From NCBI GenBank assembly GCA_046861385.1, contig JBHHTW010000011.1, forward strand, positions 1 through 60,569: 60,569 bases of DNA. The letters run 5' to 3'. Of this stretch, positions 19,764-28,521 are shown piece by piece. The DNA comes from Fidelibacterota bacterium. Lineage in GTDB: Bacteria; Fidelibacterota; Marinisomatia; Marinisomatales; TCS55. The translations under genes were made by a program, and so were the position numbers. Below the pieces are notes generated by a model. It did no database searches. It saw only the letters and a list, made by a program, of their open reading frames with translations, and was not told where the DNA came from. The first letter of the stretch is position 1; each line of letters begins with the position of its first letter.

Positions 19764-20618
19764 TTATCCTAAATATGTTCGTAACGTTTTACTTCGTGAA
19801 CGATGCCGTAAACGACGGATTGCCTTTTCCTTGATCTGTCTGACACGTTCCCGAGTTAAACTAAATTCTTCACCGATTTCATTCAGTGTCAATGCGTAAT
19901 CCCGATCTATGCCGAAATACATTTTAATCACCTGTCGCTCCCGTTCTTTTAATGTAAAAAGTGACTGGCGTATTTCATCCTTTAAGGAATCGTTCATTAA
20001 CGGTTCATCGGGAGAAGATTGATTTTCATCCTTGATTACATCAATCAATGAATTCTTATCCCCTTCACGGAACGGTGCATTCAAGGAATGATGACGACGG
20101 GAAATCCGCATGGCGTCAATCACTTCATCGGGAGTCATTTCTAACTGACGTCCGATTTCTTCTTCATTGGGTGATCGCTCAATTTCCGCTTCCAGTTTTT
20201 CAGCTGTTTTTGTGATTTTGCTAATGGTTCCAACACGATTTAACGGCAATCGAACGATTCGTGAATGTTCTGCCAACGCTTGGAGAATGGATTGACGAAT
20301 CCACCAAACAGCATAAGAAATAAATTTAAAACCACGTGTTTCATCAAATCGCCCGGCGGCTTTAATCAGACCTAAATTCCCTTCATTGATTAAATCAGTA
20401 AGAGGCAGACCCTGCCCTTGATAATCTTTTGCAACTGAAACAACAAAACGCAGATTTGCCTTCACTAACTCTTCCATGGCAACCTGATCACCTTTGTGTA
20501 TCAGTTGAGCCAATTCCACTTCCCTTGCAGGGGGCAGTGGTTCGTAATGACCAATTTCTTCTAAATATCTGCTAAGACTTCTGTTCGATTCATTTACTGT
20601 GCGTGCAGCTTTTGCCAT
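19764..20618 (-). CDS. Sigma-70 factor RpoD/SigA, short form lacking region 1.1
   Basis: [57 protein letters not shown] and [17 protein letters not shown]. Confidence 0.93.
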   Translation of the reverse strand: MAKAARTVNESNRSLSRYLEEIGHYEPLPPAREVELAQLIHKGDQVAMEELVKANLRFVVSVAKDYQGQGLPLTDLINEGNLGLIKAAGRFDETRGFKFISYAVWWIRQSILQALAEHSRIVRLPLNRVGTISKITKTAEKLEAEIERSPNEEEIGRQLEMTPDEVIDAMRISRRHHSLNAPFREGDKNSLIDVIKDENQSSPDEPLMNDSLKDEIRQSLFTLKERERQVIKMYFGIDRDYALTLNEIGEEFSLTRERVRQIKEKAIRRLRHRSRSKTLRTYLG

Positions 20619-20702
20619 AGGTTTCCTCTAATTTGCGTTTCGGATAAAGCATGGTAATTTACATCAAATTCATTAGCATCTCAAGATGTAGACACAATTA
20701 TT

Positions 20703-21479
20703 TTATCCATCTTTTAGGATCATTGAAAACTCTTCAACTGATAAAGTTTCCGGACGTCGTGAAAAATCAATTTTTTCCATAACTTGTTCTGAAATTTCGA
20801 AACCCGATAATGTATTACGAAGCATTTTTCTTCTTCTTGAGAAAGCCGCTCCAACAATTTTTTCGAAGCGGTCAAATTCAGGATCTTCTACGAGAGAATT
20901 TCTCTTTTTTACCAAGCGTATTATAGCTGAATTCACTCGTGGTTTCGGGATAAATACTTCCGGTGGAATTGTAAAACAAATTTCAACATCTAAAAATGCG
21001 CCAATCATGACGGTTAAACGTCCATAGGATTTTGATCCACAGCTGCTGGTGAGTCTGTCGGCTACTTCTTTTTGAATCATGAAAAATGCTTCCGACCAGT
21101 CCCTTCGCTGTTTGATTAACCAAAATAATATGGGAGATGTTATATTGTATGGAATATTGCCAACCACTTTCACCGGCTTTGGTATGGGTAACTCTTCCAA
21201 TACTTGATTCAGTACATCATTCTGAATAAAATGGCAGTTCTTTAAATCATTTCGATTGTGCAGATATTTGATAAGTAATGGATCAATTTCAATTGCTGCC
21301 ATATTCTTAACAAGGGGTAAAATCTGTTCCGTTAAAGCACCTTCACCGGGGCCGATTTCAAGAATGGAATCATTGGGCTGGGGATTAATTGTCCGAACAA
21401 TTTTACGTAAAAGATTGGTATCGGTTAAAAAGTTCTGACCCCATTTTTTACGAAAAGGATGGTGCGTTGATTGAGTCAT
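20703..21479 (-). CDS. rsmA: 16S rRNA dimethyltransferase RsmA/KsgA
   Basis: KKWGQNFL, EIGPGEG, GNIPYNI, QKEVA, YGRL and RRKMLRN. Confidence 0.96.
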   Translation of the reverse strand: MTQSTHHPFRKKWGQNFLTDTNLLRKIVRTINPQPNDSILEIGPGEGALTEQILPLVKNMAAIEIDPLLIKYLHNRNDLKNCHFIQNDVLNQVLEELPIPKPVKVVGNIPYNITSPILFWLIKQRRDWSEAFFMIQKEVADRLTSSCGSKSYGRLTVMIGAFLDVEICFTIPPEVFIPKPRVNSAIIRLVKKRNSLVEDPEFDRFEKIVGAAFSRRRKMLRNTLSGFEISEQVMEKIDFSRRPETLSVEEFSMILKDG

Positions 21480-21488
21480 GTTGGAATA

Positions 21489-22247
21489 TTATATTCCAAA
21501 AAGTGCTTCAGCATTTTCTGTTGTTTTTTCGGCTATCAATTCAATTGAAACATGATGAATTTCCGCCAATTTTTCTGCGACGTAGTAGGTACGTCCGGGT
21601 TCGTTGGATTTTCCACGAAATGGCACAGGACTCAAAAAGGGCGAATCTGTTTCAACCAGAATTTTGTTTAATGGTAATTCCATTGCAACATTGGGTAAAA
21701 GACTGTTTTTAAATGTAAGATTTCCTGAAAATGATATATAATAACCCAATTCCAAAAAAGTACTGGCTGTTTCCAGATCACTGGAAAAACAATGGGCAAC
21801 TCCTGTTACATCCGGAAATTCTGAGAGAACCTGAATGACATCTTTATCCGCATCGCGGTTATGAAAAATGACCGGTTTTTTTAGTTCTTGTGCTAATGCC
21901 ATTTGTTTCCGAAAAACTTTCTTCTGTATTTCCGGATCAGAAATGTTTCGAAAATAATCCAGACCCATTTCCCCCACTGCAACCATTTGGTCTGATGTCA
22001 TCAGATCAGTAATTTGGTCTATAAAATCTTCCGGAGAATCCTTTGCATCATGGGGATGCACTCCCGCTGCAGCATAAATTGTATCATGTTGCTCTGCCAA
22101 CTCCAGACATTCTTGAGAATCCTCTAAATTCGTGCCTATACAAATGAATCGGTTTACGTTCAACTCAGCGGCGCGATCTAATACACCATCTAGTTCATTT
22201 TTAAGATTTTTGTAAAATAGGTGGCAGTGAGTATCTATCAATTCCAT
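21489..22247 (-). CDS. TatD family hydrolase
   Basis: DTHCH, GVHPH, GEMGLDY, HNRDA, HCFS and ETDSPFL. Confidence 0.95.
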   Translation of the reverse strand: MELIDTHCHLFYKNLKNELDGVLDRAAELNVNRFICIGTNLEDSQECLELAEQHDTIYAAAGVHPHDAKDSPEDFIDQITDLMTSDQMVAVGEMGLDYFRNISDPEIQKKVFRKQMALAQELKKPVIFHNRDADKDVIQVLSEFPDVTGVAHCFSSDLETASTFLELGYYISFSGNLTFKNSLLPNVAMELPLNKILVETDSPFLSPVPFRGKSNEPGRTYYVAEKLAEIHHVSIELIAEKTTENAEALFGI

Positions 22248-22280
22248 TTGATTTATAACAGAAAATGAGAAAAATTATTT

Positions 22281-24137
22281 TTAATGGACGTCTGCACCTG
22301 ACTCCGTTTTATGACTATCAAGAACAATCAAAGATAATTCATTTTTACGGGAAGCGGCTAATAGCATCCCTTTGGATTCCACACCTCGAATCGCTGCCGA
22401 CTCCAGATTGGAAACAACTACGACCATTTTCCCAACCAATTCATCCAGTGAATAATGATCTGCAATACCGGAAACAATCTGACGTTTTTCATCCCCCAAT
22501 TGAATTTGAAGTTTGTAAAGTTTATCGGCTCCTTTCATTTTTTCCGCTGCTATTATTTCTGCCGACTTTAAGCCAAGTTTCTTAAAATCATCAACCGTGA
22601 CTGTTTTTACTTTTTGTTCTTTAGGCTGCTTAGTATCCTTTTTAACATCTATTCGAGGGAATAAGGGTGGATGCGGATTAATTGTTATACCGGGTTTTAA
22701 TCCGCCCCATTGCAAGTCTGTGCCTTTTGCATTTAACGTTTCTAAAACGAATTCTATCCGGTGCGGCATAACCGGCGTAAGTAACAGTGTGCCAATCCGC
22801 AATGCTTCCGCAGCGGTATACAGCACACGTCCTGCTGATTCTTTGTCTTCCTTTACCAGTTTCCAAGGCGCCTGTTGCTCCATATACTTGTTCACGCCAC
22901 GGATGAACTGCATCGTTTCTTCGATAGCATCATTTACTTTCATTTCATGGATTAACCTATGAATTGAACCAATCGTTTTTTCTGCTGAAAATTGAATTTC
23001 ATTTTCAGCCTCAGTATTTTGCCCAGGGTCGGGAATATTTCCTTCAAAGTTTTTTTCAATTAATTTCGTCACCCTACTTAATAAATTTCCAAAATCATTT
23101 GCCAGATCACTATTATATCGCTTTATAAATGATTCCATAGTAAAACTAGCATCCTGACCCAAAACCATTTCCCTCATCAGATAATATCGAACCGGGTCAA
23201 CGCCATATTTCTCAACCAAGTCCAATGGGTTTACGACGTTACCAAGGGATTTACTCATTTTTGATTCACCCAACAGCCACCACCCGTGGGCGAAAATAGA
23301 ATGTGGCAATGGTATTTTGGCTGACATGAGCATTGTTGGCCAGTAAACTGTGTGGGTGGTTAAAATATCCTTCCCGATTAAATGATATTCACAAGGCCAC
23401 CATTTTGAATATGAATTATTATCTGTACCAAATCCAGTTGCTGTTACATAATTGATAAGGGCGTCAAACCATACATAAGTCACATAATCCGTGTCGAAAG
23501 GCAAATCGATACCCCAACTCAATCTGGATTTGGGACGGGAAATACATAAATCTCCCAATGGTTTCCGCAAAAATCCTAATACTTCATTTTTCCGATGTTC
23601 TGGTTGAATAAAATTCGGATTACTATTGATATGATCGATCAATGTTTGCTGATAGTTAGACATTCTGAAGAAATAATTTTTTTCTTTCAGATTTGTTATA
23701 TCACGAAATTCTCCTGATTCTGCTTCTTTTTCCGTAATAAATCGCTCTTCAGAAACAGAATAAAGACCTTCGTATTCATCTTCGTAAATATCGCCATTAT
23801 CAAAAACTGTTTGTAGAATATTTTGGACAACATCCACATGACGCTTCTCTGTAGTGCGGATAAAATCGTCATTGGAAATATGAAGTTTGTCCCACAGGTC
23901 TAAGAATCTTGGCGCCATTTCATCACAATGCTGCTTGGGTTCAATTTTCCTTTTTTCTGCTGCTTGCTGCACTTTCTGTCCATGTTCATCCAACCCTGTA
24001 AGAAAGAAAACATCATCACCATCCACCCGATGGTATCGGGCAAGTACATCCGCTAAAATCGTTGTATACGCATGACCAATGTGAGGCTTATCGTTCACAT
24101 AATAGATGGGTGTGGTAATATAGAATTTTCCGGACAT
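22281..24137 (-). CDS. metG: Methionine--tRNA ligase with C-terminal Trbp111-like domain
   Basis: YYVNDKPHIGH, DEHGQK, YVWFDAL, GKDI and KMSKS, with a C-terminal RQIVSGI...SKGMLL. Confidence 0.97.
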   Translation of the reverse strand: MSGKFYITTPIYYVNDKPHIGHAYTTILADVLARYHRVDGDDVFFLTGLDEHGQKVQQAAEKRKIEPKQHCDEMAPRFLDLWDKLHISNDDFIRTTEKRHVDVVQNILQTVFDNGDIYEDEYEGLYSVSEERFITEKEAESGEFRDITNLKEKNYFFRMSNYQQTLIDHINSNPNFIQPEHRKNEVLGFLRKPLGDLCISRPKSRLSWGIDLPFDTDYVTYVWFDALINYVTATGFGTDNNSYSKWWPCEYHLIGKDILTTHTVYWPTMLMSAKIPLPHSIFAHGWWLLGESKMSKSLGNVVNPLDLVEKYGVDPVRYYLMREMVLGQDASFTMESFIKRYNSDLANDFGNLLSRVTKLIEKNFEGNIPDPGQNTEAENEIQFSAEKTIGSIHRLIHEMKVNDAIEETMQFIRGVNKYMEQQAPWKLVKEDKESAGRVLYTAAEALRIGTLLLTPVMPHRIEFVLETLNAKGTDLQWGGLKPGITINPHPPLFPRIDVKKDTKQPKEQKVKTVTVDDFKKLGLKSAEIIAAEKMKGADKLYKLQIQLGDEKRQIVSGIADHYSLDELVGKMVVVVSNLESAAIRGVESKGMLLAASRKNELSLIVLDSHKTESGADVH

Positions 24138-25273
24138 TAATTATTTCCCTGTAAATGATGCTGTATATCAATCAACATATTCGTCAGTTTCAACGGCATA
24201 TAAAAGTTTTTATTGATCGAATTTATCGCATCCTCGATAGCTGAATTAATCGCTGAAAAATCTGCACCTGGAAATAAGGTCGAAAAAGATGTAATTGAGT
24301 CTGTAAAACCGTTTTGAGCCAAGGGGGCTGTTAGATTTTGTTTTATTCTATATGTTTGTAAAAACCACGTTTGTACAAGGAATAATTTATACTTGAATTC
24401 CTCAATGTCACTTCTTGCCAATCGAGACATTTCATTAATAAATTTTCTCCATCCGGCACTATTTGAATTCACAATCGCTTCAACTTGTTCTTTCATTTCT
24501 TCTAATATTATTTTAACCGATCGTTTTTGAAGATATTTTGCCCTTTGAATATTCCCATCTGCAAGAACTGCATAAAACTCCGATTCTTTAGACGAAATGC
24601 CGGTCGATTCAAAATAGGATTGTATAATATCTTCTGGCAAAGGTGGAAAATCGATTTGCTGACATCGTGATTGAATGGTGGGCAGAAGCAGCGATTTATG
24701 GTTCGTTACAAGAATAAGTGTTGTTTTGCTCGGCGGCTCTTCAAGGATTTTTAATAATGCATTGGCTGAAGCTCCATCTCCAATAGATAAATAATGTGCA
24801 TCAAATATCAATACTGTTTTTACCCCTTGATCGATGGATTTCAGGTAAAGCTTTTTTCGTAATTCACGAATGGAATTGATTAAAATTCTATTTGATTTTG
24901 GTAATTGAATTTTTACAAACGGATCCGACCCTTTTTTCCTTAATAAGTCTGTAAGTAATTCATGGTTATTTTTCCCGATGATAGTTAATACGTCTGTATC
25001 CCGATCAACGCCATCTTTTACCCTGGGTAAAGGTGTAACGATATGTAGATGTTCATGTTGGAGTGAGGCGAATCGTTTACATGATGTGCAGATTCCACAT
25101 AAAGCGTCCTCTCCCTTACAATTAAGTGCGGCTGCAAATGAAATAGCTGTCGCTTCTTTTCCACAACCTTCCGGCCCGCTAAACAGGTACGCATTGCCGA
25201 TTCGATTGGAATCGATTATTTTCACCAATCGATTCCATACATTTGTTTGATAAAGAGATGGATCCCAACTCAT
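24137..25273 (-). CDS. holB: DNA polymerase III delta' subunit (start probably 25273, ATGA overlap)
   Basis: NAYLFSGPEGCGK, Zn module CGICTSC, ANALLKILEEPP and LLPTIQSRCQ. Confidence 0.88.
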   Translation of the reverse strand: MSWDPSLYQTNVWNRLVKIIDSNRIGNAYLFSGPEGCGKEATAISFAAALNCKGEDALCGICTSCKRFASLQHEHLHIVTPLPRVKDGVDRDTDVLTIIGKNNHELLTDLLRKKGSDPFVKIQLPKSNRILINSIRELRKKLYLKSIDQGVKTVLIFDAHYLSIGDGASANALLKILEEPPSKTTLILVTNHKSLLLPTIQSRCQQIDFPPLPEDIIQSYFESTGISSKESEFYAVLADGNIQRAKYLQKRSVKIILEEMKEQVEAIVNSNSAGWRKFINEMSRLARSDIEEFKYKLFLVQTWFLQTYRIKQNLTAPLAQNGFTDSITSFSTLFPGADFSAINSAIEDAINSINKNFYMPLKLTNMLIDIQHHLQGNN

Positions 25274-26640
25274 TGTTTTACGAGCCATTTTTCAGGGTCT
25301 AGTTTTTGATCTTTCCCCCAAATTTCAAAATGTAATTTCGCTCCATTAATGGATCCTGATTCTCCCATATAGGCGATGATATCGCCTGCTTGTACTTGAC
25401 TATCCACATTTGTTTGAATATGGGTAATATGGCTGTAAATCGTGAAAAAACTCCCGCCATGATCAATAATAATAATATTACCATAACCACGAATAAATGT
25501 AATCGTTGTCACGATTCCTCCCATGATCGTTGATATGGGAGAACCGGGCTGTCCTTTTATGTCAATCCCTGTATTATTCGTAGTGGTTTTTAATTCGGGG
25601 TTCCATTTTCGTCCAAACTTGCTTATCACCCGGCCCTCAGCTGGCCAGGGCAACTGCCCTTTTAACGATTTAAATGACTTGGATTTAAGCGCTTCCTTTT
25701 GTCTTCGTATTCGCTCTTCACGATCTCTTCGCAATTTATCCTTTTTAATTTTTTCCATTAATTTTTCAAGTTCAATTACACCCTGTTTTTTTTCTTTTAA
25801 ATATTGAGCCAGTTCTTTTTTATTATGGTGAATTCTCTCTAATTCTCTTTTCTTTTTGATTCTTTTTGATCGTATTTCTTTTATTTGTTTTTCACGTTCA
25901 TTTTTTAAATGAGTGCTTCTACGTAAGGAGGCTTCATGGTCCAGTTTACTTTTGCCTATCTTAATGAGTAAATTATGGATTCTAATTTTATTTTTCCGAT
26001 CAATGTCAGCGATAATTTTTTGATATTTTGCTCTATAAACAGCCTGTCGCCAAGAGGTTGAGCTCAACACTTTTTCAAGGTCAGACAAAGTTCCTTTTTT
26101 GTATAAATGTTTAACACGTGCTGCGTAGCGGAATTTTAACTCTTCCAGCATTTTTTCATTAGAGCTGATCTCCTTTTCCAGAAGAAATATTTGGGCTTTT
26201 GTTTCTTTTTCTTCCTTTTTAATTTGGTTTATCAACCGCTCAACCAAAGAAATTTCCTTTTCAAGATTCAGAATGATTTTTGCAGTCGATTTTTCTTTAT
26301 ATGTTTCTGATTGCAGCTTTTTCTGCGTTGCAGCGATCTCATTTTTCAAGTCTCTAACCGCTTTAGACTGATAATTTATTTCTCGATCAAAATCCCTGTC
26401 ATTGATCTGTGACACGATGGAATTTGAAAAAAGAATTATGATTAAGAAACCTTTGCAAAACCTTGTGTATGAAGAAAAAAGAATTAAAATTTGTTTGATT
26501 CCTGCCCGCTCCTGCCTTGTATGGGTAGGCGGGAAGGCGGGAAATGCATTTAATGGCATCACCATTGATAAGTTTTTCAACGATAAGCAGGCAAATTTTA
26601 ATCTTTTGAATTTGTGCAGCAGATTTTGCATGGGTCTCAT
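25270..26640 (-). CDS. EnvC-like murein hydrolase activator (coiled coil plus degenerate M23/LytM); the first ~65 codons derive from a MITE
   Basis: Long coiled coil, LPWPAEG, NTGIDI (HxxxD lost), GYGNIIIIDHG and KLHFE (HxH lost). Confidence 0.85.
   Translation of the reverse strand: MRPMQNLLHKFKRLKFACLSLKNLSMVMPLNAFPAFPPTHTRQERAGIKQILILFSSYTRFCKGFLIIILFSNSIVSQINDRDFDREINYQSKAVRDLKNEIAATQKKLQSETYKEKSTAKIILNLEKEISLVERLINQIKKEEKETKAQIFLLEKEISSNEKMLEELKFRYAARVKHLYKKGTLSDLEKVLSSTSWRQAVYRAKYQKIIADIDRKNKIRIHNLLIKIGKSKLDHEASLRRSTHLKNEREKQIKEIRSKRIKKKRELERIHHNKKELAQYLKEKKQGVIELEKLMEKIKKDKLRRDREERIRRQKEALKSKSFKSLKGQLPWPAEGRVISKFGRKWNPELKTTTNNTGIDIKGQPGSPISTIMGGIVTTITFIRGYGNIIIIDHGGSFFTIYSHITHIQTNVDSQVQAGDIIAYMGESGSINGAKLHFEIWGKDQKLDPEKWLVKQ
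26446..26638 (-). mobile_element. MITE-like 160-bp palindromic element, copy 1 (193 bp including a nested 33-bp insert), within the 5' end of the envC-like ORF
   Basis: Terminal IRs GAGACCCATGCAAAATCT / GAAACCTTTGCAAAACCT. It aligns without gaps to 52007-52166 once 26501-26533 is removed. Confidence 0.85.
26501..26533. repeat. 33-bp GC-rich mini-palindrome nested in the MITE at a TT^AA site
   Basis: CCTGCCCGCTCCTGCCTTGTATGGGTAGGCGGG is absent from copy 2, which reads GCCTT|AATC at this position. Confidence 0.8.
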
Positions 26641-26908
26641 TTATCTTATTCGGATATACATAGATGCAAAAGCTACCGAGGTGGTCAATTTCAATACAAA
26701 GGATTTTATGTCAAGAATCAGAATAATCAAACTGGATCAAATATAATATTAATATTTTATTTAATGGAGATACCACTATTGCCATGAAGAAATATTGAAA
26801 ACCCAGCCACTCTTATCATTTCACAACTCAACCAGAAGAAATAGAATGGTTCTTGACTGATCATCCGTAAGGTGACTATTTTCCCCTTTCAACCCACAGG
26901 AGAGAATA

Positions 26909-27403
26909 TTGAAAAGTCCACTTTGGTCCAATTTATTTACTCACTGGAATTCAGAAGAAAGTGAAAAAGTTCAGGTATTAAGAGAAGTGCCAGTGTTCAC
27001 CGGTCTCAGTAAAAAAGAGATAAATGAAATCGAAAAGCTCACTCATGAAAGAACATATCAAGCAGGCGAGAGTATATTCAAACAGCTCGCCCCCGCAGAA
27101 GGAATGTTTATTATAATCTCGGGAGCAGTAGAAATTTATTTTGAAAATAAAGGAATAAAAAATATTTTAGCAGAATTAGGGGATCATGAATTTTTTGGTG
27201 AAATTGCATTATTAGATGATAAACCTCGTACTGCGAGCGCTGTTGCTCAAAAACCATCCGTATTATTAGGATTTTTTAAACCTGATTTATTATCACTTAT
27301 GGATCGAAATCCGGTTTTGAGCAATAAAATTTTAACTAATCTGGGCACCGTTCTTTCGGAGCGTCTCCGCAAAACAAACGAATTATTAGCTGAAAAAAGT
27401 TGA
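26909..27403 (+). CDS. Stand-alone cyclic-nucleotide-binding domain protein
   Basis: GMFIIISGAV, FFGEIALL..KPRTASA and ERLRKTN. TTG start preceded by AGGAG. Confidence 0.88.
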   Translation: MKSPLWSNLFTHWNSEESEKVQVLREVPVFTGLSKKEINEIEKLTHERTYQAGESIFKQLAPAEGMFIIISGAVEIYFENKGIKNILAELGDHEFFGEIALLDDKPRTASAVAQKPSVLLGFFKPDLLSLMDRNPVLSNKILTNLGTVLSERLRKTNELLAEKS

Positions 27404-28521
27404 TCTCTCAGGAAAAAAACTACCTTCAGCTTATCTATCGCTTACTGGTTGGCATACTGGCTGTCACCTTTTTAGTTATTATCTGGCCATATATTTCATC
27501 TGTGGTAACTATGCTTATTTTTGCATTTTTATTTACGACCGTTTTATTACCCAGTGTTGATGTATTAGAGCGCAAGATTGGAAGCCGGGGGATTAGTGTG
27601 CTTATTATTACTGTTGGGCTTATCGCCGCAATTATTGTCTTTATCAGTAGTTTTGCATCCAATATAGCAGATCAAGCAGGTGAATTTTCTCAAAGGATAC
27701 AAACAGAATCATTCACAGAAGATTTCAATTCATTTATTGAAAACGCTAAATCAAAAATGCCTGATTTCATTACGGAACTTCAGACAGAAGAAATGGATTC
27801 AGCGTCGAGGCTAAATCAGATGATCAGTAAAGTTGTATCAAAATTATTAACGTTCGCCGGTGCCTTGGGAAGCTTTGTATTTACGCTGATAATGGTCCTA
27901 ATATTTATGATTATTCTTTTACAGAATTACCATCAATTCAAAAAATCATTGGTTGGATTTATTCCCAATAAATATTTCGAAATCGGGTTACGTCTGATTT
28001 ACAATATTGAACAGCAAGTTTCCAATTATTTAAGAGGTCAGCTTATGGCGGCAACAAGTGTTGCGATTATGTCAATTATCGGACTCTATATTCTGAATTT
28101 CTTTGGCGCTAATTTAACACTCGTTATTTTTATTGGTATCATCGCCGGGCTGGCTAATTTGATTCCGCTTGTGGGACCTTTTATTGGCATGCTTATTGCT
28201 TTTTCCATGGCAATTATGAATAACCTGGGAATTGAAGCGGCGCAATCCCATTTACTTTTTAATACGATTCCCTCTCCCTTTTACTTACTGGATATTGTTG
28301 TAATGTTTATCATTGTCCAACAGATTGACAATAATATCATTACACCCATGATGGTTGGTGAAAGTGTTGGGCTGCACCCGATGATGGTCATGATTGCATT
28401 ACTCATCGGCGGTACTCTAATAGGCCCAATGGGAATGCTGTTTGCGGTTCCTGCAGCCGGAATTATAAAAGTAATCGGTCATGAGGTTTCTTTTTTATCC
28501 AAAAATACACATTTACTTTAA
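27400..28521 (+). CDS. AI-2E family (PerM/UPF0118) transporter
   Basis: YLRGQ, NLIPLVGP, QQIDNNIITP...GLHP and GMLFAVP. Its start overlaps the cNMP gene stop. Confidence 0.92.
   Translation: MISQEKNYLQLIYRLLVGILAVTFLVIIWPYISSVVTMLIFAFLFTTVLLPSVDVLERKIGSRGISVLIITVGLIAAIIVFISSFASNIADQAGEFSQRIQTESFTEDFNSFIENAKSKMPDFITELQTEEMDSASRLNQMISKVVSKLLTFAGALGSFVFTLIMVLIFMIILLQNYHQFKKSLVGFIPNKYFEIGLRLIYNIEQQVSNYLRGQLMAATSVAIMSIIGLYILNFFGANLTLVIFIGIIAGLANLIPLVGPFIGMLIAFSMAIMNNLGIEAAQSHLLFNTIPSPFYLLDIVVMFIIVQQIDNNIITPMMVGESVGLHPMMVMIALLIGGTLIGPMGMLFAVPAAGIIKVIGHEVSFLSKNTHLL

Noticed and set aside
26402-26746. 114-aa plus-strand ORF antisense to envC
   Set aside because: Not called as a gene. Its openness is explained by the MITE's antisense open frame, which is reported as a finding.
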